A stretch of DNA of 64,000 bases from assembly GCA_905178155.1 (NCBI GenBank), contig CAJINV010000014.1:902116-966115 (forward strand). Direction: 5' to 3'. The notes below the pieces were generated by a model. It saw only the letters and a list, made by a program, of their open reading frames with translations, was not told where the DNA came from and did not search any database. Shown here one piece after another: positions 60,601-64,000 of the stretch (its first letter is position 1; the number at the start of each line of letters is the position of its first letter). The translations under genes and the position numbers were made by a program. Origin of the DNA: Amoebophrya sp. A120 (lineage: Eukaryota > Protista > Dinoflagellata).

Positions 60601-62626
60601 GGAAACGTAGGAGCTCGTGCTGTCCTGATCAGGATTCTGCTTCAATTGTTCTGTCGAAGCCGTAGAAGATGATCTGCTGCTTCTAAACAGCTGCTTCCTC
60701 GCTTCCCGTAGTTGCTCAGAAATCATAAACGTAGTCGACTTGATGTTCATCCTCTGGGTCGTGGAAGCGGCTGCGCTAGAACTACTTTGCGCATCGGTGG
60801 TCATTTGATGTTCCCCAGATATCGACGCCGTCGCCAACCGCATCGCCTGCGTTTGCGCGTGCTCCAAAACCCGTTTCAAGGAATCGCCGTGTTCTGCTCC
60901 TTCTTGCAAACTATGCATTGCAAAAGCATCGACGCACTTGGACCACGTACAAATCTAAATCATTTGTTGTGAAAAAGATAAAAATTCTGAAGCAATCTGC
61001 ACCGCTGATTCAGATACTTAATCACAACGAGTTCTACACGATAGACCTCAAGATGAGCTTTTGCCGTTGATACAAGAACATCATCGCAGCTGTTGCCATC
61101 GCACTGCTTTTCAGCACGTTCACCGCGGACGCACAGGCGGAAATCTGCATTTTCAAGTCCTTTTCCAGCTCCAGGAATTCCTTCTTCTTCGCGTCAATCT
61201 CATTCCCCAGAGAAACGATAAGCGACCCGGACGAGTCGGAGTACTCTTGTGCCGTCTTGATCGCGTCCGTTTTCTCGGTGACAATCGCCGCCTTTTCCGA
61301 TTTCTCCTCGTCTATCTTCGTCAGCCGCGTGTATCAACTGCAAAAATGTCTGGGTCTGGAAACTTGTGATGCAAGTCAGGGAAAAATGCGCATACTGTAA
61401 TGCACTGCCAAGCATGACAAGTTTTTCCGTGGTTCAGAGTTGAATACTCTGCATGAGAAACTGCGTTTTCGCATGACAGGCAAGAGAAGCCCTTTGCGGC
61501 CATGCAATTCAGAGCTCAAAGTCATGCCGGACTAGCATGACAAATCCCGGAATCTTCCAGACCCAGACATTTTTGCATTTGATAGCGTGTCACACCGGTC
61601 AATCTCGGACTGGAGCAGTGATTGTTTCTCGTCGTAGGTCGTAACCGCGGTCTTCTCCTCGGTATTGAGCTCCTCGAGTTCCTGCATGGCCTGCGTTTCC
61701 AGCTCCTCGATCATTTGCTTCAAATCCTCGACACTGCTGGCTTTCGTTAGCGATTTTTTGGAGGATTTCTTCTCGGATAGACCTCCGCGAGTTGATGTTG
61801 TTGTTTCCAAAATCATCTCCACCGCTGCGCTGTGCTGCTTGGCTTCTTCTGTGCTGGAAGTATAAGTCCTCGTGTCTGTCTGCAAAAAGGACACCGCATT
61901 GCTGCTCATCGCCGTCCCGCTTTCCTGCAATTTCATCGCTAACACGTCAAATTGGTCCAACGCGGTCCTCACCGCCTTCGAAAACTCCTCGTTTTTTGTG
62001 AGCACCTCGCGGTATTCACCGTGCTCCTTCTTCCGCTCCGCTTCGTTCTCCGCGTGGATCTTCTTGCTCTCCCGCAGCTCCGTTTGCAGCAGGCTGTCCT
62101 CTTCCGCCAACTTCTCCAGATCGTTCTCCGCGGTCGCCTTCTCTGCCGAGGCAGTCACCAAAGTGGTTTCCGCGTCCGTGTAAATCTGGTTCTGTTCCGA
62201 CAACGACGTCCCCAGGGTCTGCTGCTCCTGCCGGTGAAATGTGGTCCGTTCGGTGAGGTCCGCGGCGGCTTTTTTCCCGATGCCGTCCAGAATCTCGATC
62301 ACCTTCTGGACCATGGCGTTCTTCTGGAGCACAACAAGACCACCTCCGTGCTGCTGCTGCTGCTGCTGCTGCCGCTGCCGAACAGCGGTCGTCGAACTGC
62401 TGCTGCGGGAAGATTCGTCTGCATTTAGAAGTTGATGCAGTTGCAGTTTATGTTCCGCAGCTTCCATGCGCCCTTGCCTTTTCTCCACTACCAGGACAGC
62501 GGTTGCCGGCACTATTACAGCATTGAAGTCCAGCAGTATAGTAGCCGTCGAAAAGATCGCTGCAAGAACTACCCTTGCTGCCAATGGGCAGCGAAGGGAG
62601 GAGAATCGTAAAACGGAAAGCCACAT
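54612..62626 (-). CDS. Large repetitive coiled-coil protein with a putative signal peptide; 9 introner introns
   Basis: Hydrophobic N-terminus, then repeated units beginning MVQKVIEIL / MLKVVNLV / PIAKVITLL with FLQ-like motifs. All introner junctions are in frame. ATG at 62626, stop at 54612. Confidence 0.8.
55158..55370. mobile_element. Introner, H/A-like (degenerate)
   Basis: ATCACCTGTAAAT...ATTTGCAGGTGATA; DR GACTG/GATTG; removal gives KFIQS|AIDQ. Confidence 0.75.
55471..55765. mobile_element. Introner, family A (degenerate; DR lost)
   Basis: Removing the element plus 5 bp gives HELEV|EFANLEQ. Confidence 0.65.
56072..56331. mobile_element. Introner, family A
   Basis: Perfect TTCAT DR. 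Confidence 0.95.
56517..57112. mobile_element. Introner, family A, hosting a nested family D element
   Basis: Perfect GCGTC DR; removal gives SLDA|MMEQ. Confidence 0.93.
56560..56870. mobile_element. Nested introner, family D
   Basis: D-type TIRs; perfect CTTGT DR inside the family A sequence. Confidence 0.93.
58317..58570. mobile_element. Introner, family A
   Basis: Perfect ACTGT DR. Confidence 0.95.
58633..58901. mobile_element. Introner, family A
   Basis: Perfect GTCCT DR. Confidence 0.93.
58942..59090. mobile_element. Introner, family F (TIR ..TGCAAAAGTATCGYACTCGTA)
   Basis: Perfect TCTCG DR; 149 bp. Confidence 0.9.
60912..61072. mobile_element. Introner, family F (degenerate)
   Basis: DR CAAAC/CAAGA; removal gives MMFL|QEGA. 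Confidence 0.72.
61332..61584. mobile_element. Introner, family A
   Basis: Perfect GCGTG DR; removal gives CDT|RLTKI. Confidence 0.95.
62349..62371 (-). repeat. (CAG)7 coding microsatellite (polyQ)
   Basis: Tandem CTG on the + strand. Confidence 0.9.
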
Positions 62627-63273
62627 CTTGGGTCCTCGTATCCGGCAGAATGCTAAGCACTTAGCTCGTGCGCACAAGAAGAACTTGTACGACTTTCTGC
62701 ACAAGTGCTGCTACGCGCAGCAGGTGCGGTCTTGCGACCGGGACGCGGCCGCGAGCGTGTGTCGCGAGGAACCTTGGCGAATCTCACATCATTTAAAGAG
62801 AAATTGGACGGCGGTCTGCTAGATTTGGACCGAGACGTTGACCTTTCTGGTAGCTGTTCTTTTGGAGATCACGAGTTCGTTGTGCATGCTGTGCCATGCG
62901 TAGTTGATTCAGTAGAAAAAGCACGAAAGTGAAACCACGACAAGGACTGCAGGGTAGATGAGACCGATGGAAAACTTGATTTTTTCAATCACGGATCTGG
63001 TTCACCATTTTCATAGCCTGCGAGCAAAAACCCATACTAGAATCGCTTTGTAGAAACATAGCGGCTCCCTCACAGTTTTCACCACTCTGTCTCTCCTAGA
63101 AAAATCACCAGAAATGCCACCACAGAACAGGCTCCGAAAAAGGATCAAAGATCGTGCATATACGTGCAATGTGGCAACTACAGTTCATCTGCTGGTACAG
63201 ATTAGTAGAAGAGAAATCAGCACAGCAATTTCACAGCGCCACCACTTCGTCATTTTCATTTGTTATAGTGCGT

Positions 63274-64000
63274 CTAGTTCGCGTTTCCAGCCAACAAAGT
63301 GGAAGACACCTGTTTCTGGTCCTTTTCCATCTGAAAGTGAATCTCCGCGCCGCCAACGTGCCTCGCAAAGTCGCTGTCAAACGCGACGCAGTACAGACAA
63401 AACTCCTTCCCGTCTGGGTGCCCGCCTTTTTCCAGCCCCGTGCGCAACACCGCCGCGTGGGGCCCCTGGTCGATTGCCTTCGCGGTCAGACAGACGGCGA
63501 CCCGGCCGGCGTGCTTGCCGATCCAGTTTACCAACTTGTGTCTCACCTCGGTGACTTGCTTGTGCACTCGGCTGGCCGCGCGAACACATCTCTCGCAGCC
63601 CGTGGTAAACTCCACCTCCCCCAGGTACCGGCTGAAGTTGTGCACGAGGGCGTCGTAGAGCACAAACACTTTCGCCGCCCCGCAAACGGCGCGTCGCCAC
63701 GTGCCCCTATTTCCGTTCGCATCCAGCGCGACCGTTACGAGCCGCTGCATCGCGAGGCGGGCGCGCTCGGCCGTCTGCTCCTTCGTCCGCTGCTCCTTCA
63801 TCGCGTTCTTTCGGAACACGCGCTCGGGCGCGGGAATGGCCGGGGGTTCGATCACGAGCAGCGCGCCCTCCTGGTCTGCGGTGGACACGCCCGAAGCGAG
63901 ACCGGCGATGATGGGCCTTGTTCTGTCCTCGGCTTGTTCTTCCATACTCAGCGCGCCACCAACGAAGGGGCGCGCGATTCTTTCCAAAATGTCCGCCGGA
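63274..64000 (-). CDS. Hypothetical protein, 5' end probably beyond the window
   Basis: GC3-rich open frame of at least 237 aa with the stop at 63274; no family recognised. Confidence 0.6.
   Translation of the reverse strand, partial: PADILERIARPFVGGALSMEEQAEDRTRPIIAGLASGVSTADQEGALLVIEPPAIPAPERVFRKNAMKEQRTKEQTAERARLAMQRLVTVALDANGNRGTWRRAVCGAAKVFVLYDALVHNFSRYLGEVEFTTGCERCVRAASRVHKQVTEVRHKLVNWIGKHAGRVAVCLTAKAIDQGPHAAVLRTGLEKGGHPDGKEFCLYCVAFDSDFARHVGGAEIHFQMEKDQKQVSSTLLAGNAN

Noticed and set aside
642-61584. Recurring peptides in the ORF track ([35 protein letters not shown]) suggesting a repeated protein domain
   Set aside because: They are translations of the family A and D TIRs in different frames, not protein motifs.
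30125-62626. Genes as pseudogenes disrupted by MITEs
   Set aside because: Exons keep intact frames and conserved motifs despite up to 9 insertions of differing ages, which implies ongoing function.
1-64000. Autonomous transposase or reverse transcriptase for the elements
   Set aside because: No ORF with recognisable DDE, RT or recombinase motifs; all elements are too short to encode one.

Overview
Eukaryotic genomic DNA, most consistent with the parasitic dinoflagellate Amoebophrya (Syndiniales). This assignment is inferred from the intron architecture and is not database-verified. Every gene I could reconstruct lies on the minus strand. The genes are: a small mitochondrial-type membrane protein, a large EXD3/MUT-7-like 3'-5' exonuclease-fold protein lacking its catalytic residues, several poorly resolved hypothetical genes, a DUF3431-like protein, a very long METTL14-like m6A methyltransferase subunit, a CCDC24-like protein, a CDK20/CCRK-like kinase, a large secreted coiled-coil protein and a partial ORF at the right edge. 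The dominant feature is at least 48 short elements (mostly about 150-330 bp) in about 8 TIR families (labelled A-H here), inserted in coding exons. Almost all run TAT...ATA, are flanked by a 5-bp direct repeat and lack GT-AG ends. In the well-resolved genes, removing an element plus one repeat copy restores the reading frame, so they behave as non-canonical introner introns. Notable details are a nested element, copies in both orientations within one gene, a TGTSATG motif shared across families, 34-61 bp micro-exons, and an insertion inside the DPPW codon of the METTL14-like gene. Coordinates were counted by hand and may be off by 1-2 nt.
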